Assembly (NCBI GenBank): GCA_002633005.1
Contig: NMRA01000566.1
Span: 161,654 to 225,653 of the forward strand
DNA: 64,000 nucleotides
From: Phoronis australis
Lineage: Eukaryota; Animalia; Phoronida
Direction: 5' to 3'
Part shown: piece after piece, positions 1 through 17,300 of the stretch
Numbering within the stretch: position 1 is the first letter of the stretch
Layout of the letters: every line of letters begins with the position of its first letter
The notes under the pieces: generated by a model
Told to the model about the DNA's origin: nothing
Database searches by the model: none
What the model saw: only the letters and a program-made list of their open reading frames with translations
Translations under genes and position numbers: made by a program

Positions 1-753
1 AGGCCTTTGTGCGGCAGACGACATGATTAAGTATGTAGAATGCGCATGTCAATACGGAAACCGCAGATGACACTGGCTGTGCAAAATCCCGGAATTACTC
101 CCCCCGGAAACGCAAACTTTGGGGATAGACACAGTGAAAAGGTGTAACGCCTTGCCAGTTTTTCACAGGGTGCAATCCCAAATATTGGATCAGCCAAAGA
201 AACTCGTCGAAAACGTTTTTATTGATACGTATGTTGAGCTGCCGGTAACACCGATCTGTGTCACGGGGCGCGCGGAATATTGAAAAATGCACTTTTTGTG
301 TATTAAATTTCGCATTTCTGTAATTACTGATCCCCTATTTCTTTGAGCGACTGCCGACCAGCCGTTAATATTGAGAAAGTGGTCATTTCAAGCTTTTTTA
401 AATTTTGCCGACACAGATCCCGTCGAACCCGTCCAAAAGAACATTCTGGCCGTCCAACCATAGATACTCGTCTATGGTCCAACAGACGGTCGCTGCGTAA
501 ACCCTTGCTTGGGAGTCGGATTGTTTTAGGGAATAAAATTTTTAATATGTATGACATGTGACTTCCGTGTATAACGCGGAGTCGTATATAGCTCTTCTAA
601 ATTACGAGTTCTGAACAGAGTGTCTCGTGGTCTAGAGGTTTAGAGCGAATTAACTTGATATATGACTAAGGTATGATACCCGGTGTCCGCAGCGAAGTTT
701 TTGTGCACCAAATTTGTATTGAATGAAACAAAAATTTGAACTTGCTGAATTAA

Positions 754-882
754 ATAATCGTGGAGAGTGGAAAAAGGTTAGAAAATTAATAAACGTAGAG
801 ACCCGAATAAGCGCCGTATAGACCGGAAAACGAGCCTGAAAAAAATAATCGTATAGATATGACTATTTGGAACTCGAGAGTA
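754..882. mobile_element. Probable right end of a TA-target (Tc1/mariner/pogo-like) non-autonomous DNA transposon
   Basis: Repeated subterminal AATAA(A/G/T)CG motifs (~755, 788, 807, 844) end in ...TTGGAACTCGAGAG followed by TA at 881-882. The partner end is not in the window. Family assignment is by resemblance only. Confidence 0.35.
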
Positions 883-1656
883 CCCTGGCTGTGTGCAATT
901 CCGGGGTCTATGGAAGATTAACACACAGTGGTACCTAGCTGTACTTTGACGATAGTCTTCATACAGCTAGCTGGCAGGCTAGCAGTTGATATGACAAGAG
1001 TGAAACACAAGGCTTCTGGTAGATCTCAGTGAAAGCAGTGACCACTATCTTCAGTAGAGACGGTGAAGCAAATGCCAAACTGATCAAACACCTATTTCAT
1101 GTTGTTATAAGAACCTTTTGCCCATTAGGGGGACTTCTTAGGAGGTCGCCGATGTTTTTAATTCCTTTCAATTTGAATGAATACTCCCGACCTCGCAATA
1201 ATTAAAGACACGGTCAGACTCCAAAACTGAAGGTGTCCCTTTACTCTTTGCGCAAAAGGTACTAATAACAAAGTGACTTTCATGTTTTAATCAGCATGAG
1301 GAATAATTCGCCAAAAAGCTTAAGGCGAATGAAAGCTCCACAGGAGCTTTACCGTCTCTACTGGCGCCAGGAAGAGACGGTGGTAACTATCTGTCAAACT
1401 CAGTCAGAGACTGAGTCAGTCTGAGTCAGTCAGTGAGTTAATCAGAGATTGGCAATAGGAAACAAATGCAAGGACTGCTACTTTTTAGGTGCCAGACAGA
1501 GTCCTGGATGTCAGGTGAGATTCAACGCGTTAACAATCAGTGAGGAATCAATAAACACTCCAACGAATCCATCTTCTTCTCTTCGCATTTACACTTCTCG
1601 TCGTTTCCCGCCATTGCTGTGTGCCCAGGTAATATCTGAGTTGCTCATGAGTTCCT

Positions 1657-2545
1657 CATCAATCAATCAATCAATCTCTTTATTTATAGTCAGTTTTACC
1701 AAAACAGACCGACACTAGCCCAAGGCTAATATCACCGACTGCGAATAATAAAATAAAAAGCATAAATAATAAAATAATTAACAATAAAATGATGATAAAA
1801 CAAAACATATAACAAGATGAGAAAAAAAACACATTAAGATATCATGAGATTACATGTATAGTGGCATGCACACACATACAGTACACATACCCACCAGATT
1901 TAAAATGTGCACCTGCACGGTGGTTCTGTCCAAGATTTAATAAAATTCCTAAAAAGTTTATAGTCCATGGACTTGGACTCATTTGGAAGAGAGTACTTAA
2001 AGTTTAGCATCGTACACTTTCGGAGTTTAAACCTTGGCGCACTCACTGTTGGACAACCATTTTCACACGTAGCACAGACGCAGATTATAATGAGACGCTT
2101 TTTCCTCAAAGAGGTCCCACATGAAAGGGGGTGACAAGTGATGATATGATTTGTATACCTCTAGAAGGATCGCGGGCTTTCTGGACAGTTCATGGGTCGG
2201 GACTGGATCTGCTCTAGCGACTACTGAGGAGTATCTCCTTACGTGTAGCTCGCATTCCAGTCCTACATGTATATAGATACACAAATCTGGGTGCCCTGTT
2301 TACTGGTAGGCGCGCGAGTTTTGCAGTGTTCGTCGCGCCGCAGTTCTGCCACACTAAATTACAGTAACTAAAGTGTGAAAGGATAAATATCTAAACTAGT
2401 CATCCGTGACACATCGGGCCAAGCTGTCCTGACAGCCTTTGAAGGACCACTAAGCAGCCTTCCCGCCGACAGAGATCGAACTCTGGTGTCTGAAATTAGC
2501 TGTTTTTCCAAAGTGATACCCAGCAATACCACGGTGTCTTCAGTA
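1657..2545 (-). mobile_element. Degenerate 3' fragment of a CR1/L2-group non-LTR retrotransposon
   Basis: Minus-strand peptides VVLLGITLEKQL (~2500-2535, late RT motif), LLEVYKSYHHLSPPFMWDLFEEKASHYNLR (~2080-2170) and YSLPNESKSMDYKLFRNFIKSWTEPPCRC (~1905-1995) resemble the ORF2 C-terminus of this group. They are followed by AATAAA and an (ATTG)n tail at ~1657-1685. Confidence 0.7.
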
Positions 2546-5500
2546 GTGCTACGGCGCATATGGTCTATAGGCGGTGCACCAGAGAGGGGCCTGATCAATG
2601 GGGCTTTGGCCCCCCCCCCCACAATTTGAGTGGATGCGCCGCTCCGCCGTGCACTCGACGGAGATGGCCGTTAGATCAGTCGCAGACTACATGACACCCC
2701 ACCAAGAACGTTTGCCAGTCTTTTGGGTCGCAGAAGCGCTATTCTTGGAGTTCACTTCGGGTGGAAAACGGCCTACCAGTAGGCGTATCGTTGAAATTGT
2801 AACTTAACCGTTGACGGTATTGTTCAGGTTCTCCCATCTGGTCACTGCGTTTGGACCATATGTTTAGATGCTGCATGCAAAACCCGGGCCCTTATAAGTA
2901 CTAGCTGTAAAGAAATACAGTAGAGGTAGGCCTACTCTCCCCCAAAGGCGGAGGATCTGTCGATCCCACCCCGTCGTCGGGTTTCCCTTGCCCAGTGTTG
3001 TAGTTGAGAAAGTCCATTCCGTGGTATTCATTTCGCCACCAGGGCCCTCCCCTCCTACCACAAAGTGCTCAAATTCAAGTCGGAATTGCAGATGACCCGC
3101 TTCTTTCCGTACAAGTATATCATATTTTCACGGCAGGGCATTTATCGGTACCTTCGAAGGAAGTCACATAAAGTTCCATAAGGGCAGGTTTTATGATTAC
3201 TATAACCCTCGAAAGGTACGTACATGTATGTCTCACTTCGAAACATCATGCACCAGAGAGGGATAATCCTTTTCAAATGACATTTTCATTTACAATTTTT
3301 ATGCAGTCTTTCCCAAAACCAATGTTCGACTGTGGTTTTTACTGGAAGGCTTTATTTGTTTCCCCAATTGATATCGATTATTAAGCCGACGCCTTTCCAG
3401 GTTTGTCTTTTGACGTCCCAACATTTCACCCACACAGAATTGTCCCTGTACAATCATTGTTTAGGGCCGTGCGAAGAGGGGGCCCGTGTCCCACAAAAAT
3501 TTGCAGGAGTCAGGGTTAAACTATGGCAACCAACATAAGGTTGGGGCCGGGGACAGGCGAGAAAAGAAAGACTACAAAATTATATAAATACAAAATTATA
3601 TTTTTCCAGAGGTCCTTCTCTAGAACAGGATAACGATAACAACTGTCGCTCTATCTTTTCGTGTTTTACTTTCTCTAAATTGTGTTTCACTTGAGAAAAT
3701 TGGTGGCGTGGCAGATAAATTCAACTGTTGCGCATTTCCTGACTTTTGAAAATATAGATCTTTTCGTATTTAGGGGCCCAGCTGTTGAAGAGGAAATTCA
3801 AGTGGCCACCCTTTTCGTGTTTTAATATGAAAATTATAAGGGGCCACTCACGAAGAGACTGATCGAGGGACCAATGTTGGAATCGATTATCTCTATTTTC
3901 CTGTTTTTTGTCAAATCGTACAACTGGCTTTCATGCTAGGGAAAGTCACTTCTAGCAAGGTCATCCGACAATGGAATGAACTGTCTCTCATGTGTAAGCT
4001 TAGTTATGCTTAGCCCTTCATCTTAAGTGTCCCATTTCAGACGGGACCCCCTCTCAGTGGGGGGTTCGGTATCCCTCTATACATGTAAATCCGACACTGC
4101 CAAGTATTCAAGAGGGGAGGTTGAGATTCCAAATTCATCAAAAACCCAAAAACAACCGTGCACAGCACAGCAATGCCAAAACAATCAAAAATGTGAAAAA
4201 TACAATAGGGTTGACCACCATCAAAGGAATTTTGAAGAACTTGAAGATCACTATTTGTGAATTACACAACTTGAAAAGGCTACTTCCGATGGTTAGTTAT
4301 AAATAATATATTTTTCCAATAGTATCACAAGAATAGTATTTTTGAAGGTCGTTACTACATGTAGGAATTGTTTGTAATGAATTCACAGGTGTCGTCGTGA
4401 AAAGACTAGGAGCTACGATTTGTGATGACCGTGTACATGTCGAACAAGGGTACTCAAAATACTCGCAATAATAAACAAATATTTCAGCGTTTTTTTTTCT
4501 TGGAGTTCAAGTTAAACTCGCAAACTGTTATAGGTACCTAGATAAAAAGCAAAAATACACCTTAATATGAATTGCCCTTCTTCCATGTTCCCCGGGTTAC
4601 CCGTCAAAAATCTGCGATCATGTCTGCGGACATTGCTTATAACATTCCGTTTCGATAAACAAATTCTTTGGTTTCTGATTAACATGTCTGCGTATCTACG
4701 AAAACCGACAGATTAGTAAATGATTTTTTGGCAATTATAAGCTAATATTTTTAAAACTGACGATGTTTCAGTGAATTTAGTTGAAGCCTGATTATGGAAA
4801 AAACCTCTATAATCAGTAAAGTACATTTGGACGCTTCTTGCCTATCTAAAATAACTCTCCAAGACATTGATGAAAAATGGAAATTCACAAAAATTTACTC
4901 GGAAACTCAAATGACAATAAATGGCATTTATTTTTGACTTCGGTACAAGAGGACTTAAGTCACAAAATCAAGGTAAACGTACATGTATTGCTCATGGATT
5001 CGATTGTTGTTTTCTGAATTACACGTTTATGTATCTACGAAAATGAGCTGACTGACTGATGATTTTTTAACAATTAGAAGCTAATCTTGTAAGAAATGGC
5101 AGTGTTTCAACAAGCTTAGTGGCAAGCAGACATTGGGAAAATTCGATCTACCATCAGATCCTCATATACAGTGTGAAAAGTACACTAAACGGTTTGATTT
5201 GTCTATCTGAAAGAAATCTCAAAGATATTGATGAATGTCGGACAGCTGTACAAATTGTCCTAAAATTTTCTCACAATTCAAATGTCAAAAATTGTTTATT
5301 GACTTAGGAAATATGTTAGTGGGTTTAATTTCACAAACCCTAGATCGCAAAAAATTAAGTACTTAAGTAAATAAAATTACCGGTAATCTTATTGCTCATC
5401 AGCTGGGAAAGGTTCATTTTGCACTTCTTTGATGATGTTAGTTTCCAATAGCATTGTGCAATGAATTTTCTTCAAAACTAAATCATTTGCTTGCCATTCC

Positions 5501-6852
5501 TGTGCATAATACTCACACGGAGCACGTCATGACTGACGCATCCAGGATATGAAATGTGAACATTTTTGGGACTCACTCGGTATCATTTCCCCCAGCTACA
5601 AGAAAGTGGACTATGGACTGTGTTTTACCAAGTGATTTTGAAACGGCCACAAAGGCACTCATACCATGTACCTCGGGACATCACCTTTCCAAAAAATTCC
5701 TTCAAAGAATGGCCATGATAAAATGAAGTTTTCTCGGAACTTGATCAGAATAAAACGAATCTTGACCTTAGAGCGAGCGCAGAGGAATAGGTACGAGCTA
5801 TGCTGCCTGTCTCAAGTGAATATCTGAGCTGACCTGCAACTAGTTCTAGTTTATCGAATCCACTGTTGGAACCCAACTACCCATCAGTGCGCTGGCCCTA
5901 GACCCATTCTTACTCTCCGTGAAACTTTGTTGGTTCATGGTCATTCAAATCCTGATGGCTGCATCTCAGGTATTACCCACCAGCCCCCTTATGGCTGACA
6001 TGGGGGTCGGGTACAAATATGATGACATCCAGAGAACGGGGGTGGGGGTGGCGATAGGAAGGAGGTAAGTTGGCGAGGTCGAATTGGTTTGTGCCCTTCC
6101 CCCAATAATTTTTACCTTCCTACGGGCCTGCAATAATTGAGAAACAAGAATTGTTGTGTGGCGACGGTTACTGCCCCAACTGCTACTTTGGACTCAGGGT
6201 CGTTAAGAGTATTATCAGCTGAATACCTTAAAGGGACGAATGAAAACGATCATGGAATCGGGAAAATGTGTATTATGCGAAGATGTAAGTCCTGCTACGA
6301 AGTACATGCAATCTTTATGTCACTTTGGTCAGAAATAACGCGTAACACAACTGACATCCAGCAAGCATAGAAACTCTTGCCTAAGTTTTTCTATTTAAGA
6401 AAACGCTTTCATTTGCTTTCATCGGCTTAAAACACAAGAAAAGTTTTCGTCAATTGACAGAAAGCTCTAAAATACAAACATTTCATTAAAAATACATGCA
6501 TTGCCTTGTTTGCGAACTTCAAGGATTCGAGAAGTAGTGCTGCTGACTTCATACTTTGATTGCACTGACTTGCATATATTTTCATGTTTGCAAGCAGCTT
6601 CTTACACCTGTAGAAAATAAAGTTCGGTCCAACCGTTTCAGCTGACTGAAGTAGGTTAAAATCATATTGAACCAATAACATAATGCGGGAATAATTTTTG
6701 ACTAACTTGGTTCGTACTAAAATTCGTTTTGTGATAATTGTGAATATTTAAGTGGAATCATTGAAAAGAACTAGTTTTCAATACTAATTTTTCTGCTGAA
6801 CTGTTGTGGGAACACTAACCAAGACAAGCTAGGCATGAGCTGTCAGTGCTGT

Positions 6853-11339
<4,487 letters not shown>

Positions 11340-12671
11340 GATCGACTGGTCTTCTTTTCTTTGCCTGACAGATGCGCTGCCCTGGACAAAGTCCTTACCA
11401 CTTATCTTTGGGCTTTAGGTATTTTGATGGCTCATAGTTGTAATCTAATCTGGCAAAGGAAAATGCAAATAACTAACAGGTATTTAAGGTACAATCTATG
11501 AAAGTCTAGGACCCAAGAAATATTGAGGAGCTCCGGTAGTCACACATTTTCTATCCACCCCTGTCATGCAATTAAATTGGTTTCTTAGTCAAAATATGTG
11601 TGATTTGTGTGTTTTGAAAGAACAGTTTGTTATTGCTTGAGACCAGACTCTCCAAGTTGCATATTCACGGTCTGCTGTCATTTTATTCGCCGAGCACGTT
11701 TTCGAGATTATAACGAGCTATCAGTTCTTTGCAAGATTAAAGACTATAGTAAATAACAAGAAGGGGGGGGGGGCAAATTTACATTGGTAAGTGGTCTACT
11801 AAACGAGAGTTTATTACACCTAAATTGGGCACTACTGAGTAGCCTCAAGGCACCACTAATAGAGAACATTAGATTGCACAGGACTTTTGACTCCATGGGA
11901 ACGTCGAGACGGGAGAACATTGAGCATGGAAACAACAATGGCCTATCTGGAGCAGGCTAACATCAATGAAAGAGTTAATACAGGCACGGGGAAATGGACT
12001 CGAAAAGAGGATACGAAATCGAACGGAAAATTATCCGTCCCATCTGTTTTCAAACTACAGAAATTTTTCGTTGGATTTAGAATCAATATTTGGTGAAATC
12101 CATATAAGCCTTAGAAGTCTGTAAAGGTCAGTATGGAGGTGCAGAAAGCATCCAATCTAAGAAGTGTTCCTGAATGGAAGATTCTTTGTACGTTGACTAT
12201 AAGAGCATGGGTATGGTGATGATGATGGTGACATGAACTGCAAAGATCTTCAGGAAAAATATTTTTAAAAAATTACCCCCAGGGTTGGCAAGAGACATTT
12301 ACATACTGCATGTTGCCAACTCTATTACATGTACATGCATGTAACAGAAACATGTTGGTTTGCTCGCCCTACTTTTATAGAATGTCTTGGGTCACTGAAA
12401 TCAGAGAATGGCGAAAAACAGTCTGATCCTCATGTGATTACTGATTTCCAACCACGTAAAAAGCAAGAAATTACACATGTGATCAGATGAATTCACTGCT
12501 TGAAAATGTAGTTACACGGCTTTTCCACAGAATCTTATGGGGGAAGCAATATTGAAATAGTTCTGCACCTTTTCAATTTCTAATTTCATGTTAGGCCCCT
12601 ATGAGGGCATAAAAATCTCTGTTTTTGAACAAGCGCAGTAGAGATGATCCTTTCCGCCTTGCTCCAGTTTC

Positions 12672-12843
12672 GCGTTTAGACTTATACATGTAATTGACAC
12701 GGCGCAAAATGTACGGGCGCAAATTGCTCTACCTCACAAACGGGTGGCAACAATTTGTCACCGCGGTGTCAATTTGCTCCGTGTCAGTCCATTTACACTC
12801 TGGAACAAATTGTTCTGTGTCAACTTTGTAAGTGTAAACGGCA
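12672..12843. mobile_element. Degenerate PIF/Harbinger-like MITE
   Basis: The left end GCGTTTAGACTTA..TTGACACGG matches the reverse complement of the right end GCCGTTTACACTTA..TTGACACAG; internal repeated TTGACAC/GTGTCAA motifs. Confidence 0.5.
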
Positions 12844-13899
12844 CTTTAGCTCAGTGTTGACTCGCTTTTGTGGTCAAAGAGCATAATTATTACAAGCATA
12901 TCTGAGAACCGCCGGCGAAGAGATAGGAATATGGGTTAGAATTATTCAATGACGTTGTATATAAGCAGTCTTTTGTCAAACATCACCAACTTATTCATGT
13001 CTTTCTGGACTATGTAACCACATAACGACAGCATTAAAGACCCAGCCTGTCCGCAACCGGGCCATGGAGGTCGGGGACTGGGGACAGGGGGCAAGCACAA
13101 ATTGTTGGCGAGATTGACTGAAATGAGTGGCAACCTGGGGACACTTTACAATGAGCAGGGGTGGCTAAACGCAAATTTTATATGGGTATAGAGCAACAGA
13201 AAGTTTTTCTGCAATAGACAGTGCGTCATGGACCCCGGTGTTGTGATATACATGGCTATAACAGTAGCCGGGAGTTTGTTTCATGCAAACTGACTAATGA
13301 CTTTAGTCAGAAACTTGCTATGACGCTCTAAAAATAATTAATACTCANGCATGATGAAATTTTTGTCTTAAAGTGGAACTTATCTCTATGATTGCTTTGC
13401 CAAATTAGTTAGAATCTCAACATATAGCGTCAATGTGAATATGAAGTACGTTGAAAATTGATAAATGTTTTTAAGAACGAGTTTTGTTTCAAAAATTATT
13501 CAGGCCAACATAGAGAAAAATAAAATGCGCTTTCGCGATCGTTTGTTTGCTTTCACAATCTCCATAGAGAATTATAAAATTGGGAATACCACTGCATGAT
13601 GCGGGTTATGTGAGCCCCAAGATCCGCCATTAGTGCAAAGGGCACCTATATTTGCAGATTTTTATGCTTTGACATTTACAAGTTGTCAATGAATATACTG
13701 TACAGCTGCACTTTGCCTAGCGTAGATGATCAAATAATATTGTCGTTTAGTTGCTGCTATACATAAGTATTCATGCAGTTGTAGGAACATGCAAATACAT
13801 TAACTCTTTTTTAAGTTTTTAAGCCAGTTTTTATGAATCAGAGCCTGGGTTTCAGGTTCAGTGAGCAAAACATTTGAAAAAATGAACGTACAAATGGAT

Positions 13900-13905
13900 T
13901 TTATT
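13900..13905 (-). terminator. Candidate polyadenylation signal of the VWDE-like gene
   Basis: AATAAA on the minus strand ~225 nt downstream of the stop codon. Confidence 0.5.
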
Positions 13906-14129
13906 TGGTATTTAGAGTTAACACACAGCGTATTGTAACTAACAAAAATTCAAAAACAATCAGTAGATAAACGTTGACAATAGTCATCCAGACGTCATTC
14001 CGTGGTCTCAGTCTGTCGTATCCCCAACAGAAACATTATAAAACACACACTGCAGTTTTTTATCAAGTGCTTACTTCAATATTTGAACACTAGGCAAATG
14101 GGATACATTGGAAAAGCACCCGCGCATGC

Positions 14130-14344
14130 TTAGTTCAGGGGAGGGCCGAATATTTCCGGTTTTTTGCCGCAGAGGTCAGGGCGGCCACACTGGACGCATT
14201 GATTCTTGTGTTTGGCAACGCAGTTGCAACCGAGGTTTTGGCAGCAGGCACAGCTCATGTCGGCCCCTGTAGGGTCCCTTGGGCAAGGGCAACCGGTGAA
14301 TAAGAAGGTCCAACCGTCCACGCCATTATCACCAGTCGGCTGGG
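14130..14344 (-). CDS. VWDE-like exon 24 (Cys module 2, stop)
   Basis: ..DGWTFLFTGCPCPRDPTGADMSCACCQNLGCNCVAKHKNQCVQCGRPDLCGKKPEIFGPPLN*. Confidence 0.87.
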
Positions 14345-17300
14345 CTGAAATAACGAATTGATTTCATTATTCGAAATTATAAACGAGGTTCTGAGCAGAC
14401 ACACTACAATACAGCGCCCTACAAAGTTACACGTACATGTGTAATCAGACGGGGTTTGTCGCAGCGTACACTGTACCCGGAAAACTTGCTGGCAGGTAGT
14501 TTTGCGGCCTCAAATCTTGAGACTCCATAATACACGAAGTATTCCACAGTACACCATGACACTAGTTGTAGCACAGACCCAGCCAGAAGCTGTAAGCGGG
14601 AGACGTACTGGTCTTTTTGCCAAAAGTCAATGTCTTGCAAAACCCCGCTAAATCACCCGAGTCTGACTGGCCTATTATAGCAAAATGACCGCCAATAAAG
14701 CACGATGATTGGGCGGCAAAGCTGGAGTGCTGCGCTTAATTCATCGTTTCTGTTCCACAAGTGAAGATTTTTCTTGATCAATTGCAATCTAATGTATTTT
14801 GATCTAATTCAAGCCAGCATTCGTTGGGCACTTGGTCGTCATTCATTTGACTGAGTATCGGTTGTTTTCTGACTTACGCGAGCCACACTTGTGTGTTTCA
14901 CCACATTTCACACACTGTTGCTTGTTTTCGAAAGGACACTGACATCCGCCCTGGTCGCAGCAAGCACAGTCCGTACGAGAAGAGTCAAAGTAGCAGACGC
15001 AGCCAGTCTTGTTTCTGAAATTAACTGTCGATTATACTACAAGACTAGGTTTTTTTGAATAAATACTTAAGTGGGTTTGAAATGTAATTAGTTTTTTTTT
15101 TCTTCATCCTAAAATATCATATTCCTATGTTGTCATCGATTTATGTTCTCTTCACATACTGGACACTAAGAGTTGAACAGTCGCTGTTAAAACACTTTTT
15201 GTTAACAAATGTTTTTCAATCAATTTGACTTGGGCCCACTGAGTGACGTCACAATTGTCGTAGAAGGTGATGAAGAGCTATCATGCACTTGTGCTTATTA
15301 TTCAAGCAATGCAGTAAAAAAGTCTGAATTCTTGATCATATACAACAACCCCTGTGCCGGTAGTTATCCAAATCAGTCATCAATTTAAAAAACTTTTAAC
15401 CCAGTTGACTAATAAGTTGAGAGCTCACTGCCAGCGTAACCAACATAAGTTGCTACCATAAAACAACGACCAATAGGTTAAACCAGTTGCGACCGGTAAA
15501 GCACAATGAGGCGCGTTTATAAAGCCGTCGCGTTGTACACCAAGAATTCTATGGACAGTGTACCAAACTGCCTTTTTAAACGCTTACTTCGTCCAGATAT
15601 CCCATCGATGTTGAATTTTCCCTCCCTTTGGTGCCCACCACGGCGGAAGTGTAGATGGCGCTCGGGTGGTGGTGGTGGGAGCTGGCGAGGTAGTTGTGGT
15701 AGTGGAAGCTGTTGTGGTCGGAACTGAACACGAATAAACAAAAATGCGTTGTGATTGGTTGAAAGAGCAATAGTACTGCAAATAAGTTCTAAGTCCGATT
15801 TCCGGATCAAAATTGAGACATCCCAGGCTTTCATTAACAGTAACTAGTATTACTTATATAATCTAGTGTCGATACGCATTTAATGTTGAATGCTTTGCAT
15901 TAATTTTAGAATGTGTCCAAGATTTTCAAATTTTGGGTAACTAAGTTGTCATCTGGCTCTTTATGGCCATCACTAAATCACAACGATGAGGATGGCTGAT
16001 TTCATAAAAATTCATTTAAATCGACGAAGGTCTTAGAATCCTCAACACTTTGTAATTTGGGTCACGCACTGTTTCCGTGTGTGATGCACAAATGCATATA
16101 TTTATCCCGATATCCAATGCAGCTTATGTGTCCATATAGTGCATGTCTGTATGATAATTGGTGCGTTAACAAGGAAAATCGGTTTATGCACATTTCAAAC
16201 CACAATTCAGCAAGTTAGAATTCACAGGTCCACAATTAACCATCAATATATGGATATAAAAATAAAAAGAAAAGCCTTACCGTGTGTCCACTCTTTGATG
16301 CTCTTGTTAGGATCACAGATCTTATAGTTGTTTCCAACAGCACTGTCGCCATTCTTGTAGCAGCGACCATCAATCAAACAGGTGTTGTTCTAAACATATT
16401 GAATTAAGAAACGATCTGAATTGGAAATCATGTCAAAGGTTAACTTCTTGGCAATGGGCCCACTATGTGTAGGACAATAAATATTAGATCTATAAACGTA
16501 TTTTCAGATAGTAGAAAGCTTGTAGAATATGTATCGAGATTCTTAACAATGTGACATTATTGGGGTGACATGACAATGAAAATTGGCGAAAAAAAGAACG
16601 TTGCATCAATATCAAAACGACGGTATCAATACCATGATTACGAAACTTCATTTGATATACTCGTAAATGTTCAACATCAAATGTCAATAAAGCTGTTACA
16701 GTTTTATAAATTATCACTTTGCTTGCCTTGCGTTTTATGCTTTTTTACGAAAAACACGAAAATTTATTTTCTTAGCCCTTTATGCAAAAGTAGGATATTG
16801 AAAAATAATTCCGTGACTTGTTTGTTTCCAATAGTTTCATATGAATTTGACCAGAAAAGTGGAAAATTTGACCGTTCTTCTAGAGTCCTGCGTTGAGAAC
16901 CTTAATTGAGTTTAGCTATCTGTGGAGTATTGTTGCGGCTTCTTATCTGTGTAAAGGCCCTGTCACACCTTGACGATTTAGCCAGCGTATGCCGACGTAT
17001 GAAAAATTTGGCAAATACGCTGGCGTACGTCGAATAAGTTATGGGTAAGTTTTGTATACGTTAACAGCACGCTGAAGCACGTTGGTATACGTCGAAGTAC
17101 GTCGAGGTCGTCGAAAAATTTTGTGCATGCTCAAAATTTCTCAACGTATGTCAGCGTATGGCTATACGTCCCGTATACGCAGGCCATAAGTAATAGGTAA
17201 GTTATGCGATCGTTGACACACGTTCAAACACGTTAAGTGTAGGTTACTCATAAGTCCAAATACGTCGAGATAATGTCTAGCGTACCCAAAACTTATGAGT

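Noticed and set aside
620-690. tRNA-like A box (TGGTCTAGAGG) with a possible degenerate B box
   Set aside because: No cloverleaf, and the B box reads GGTATGATACC. At most a decayed SINE head.
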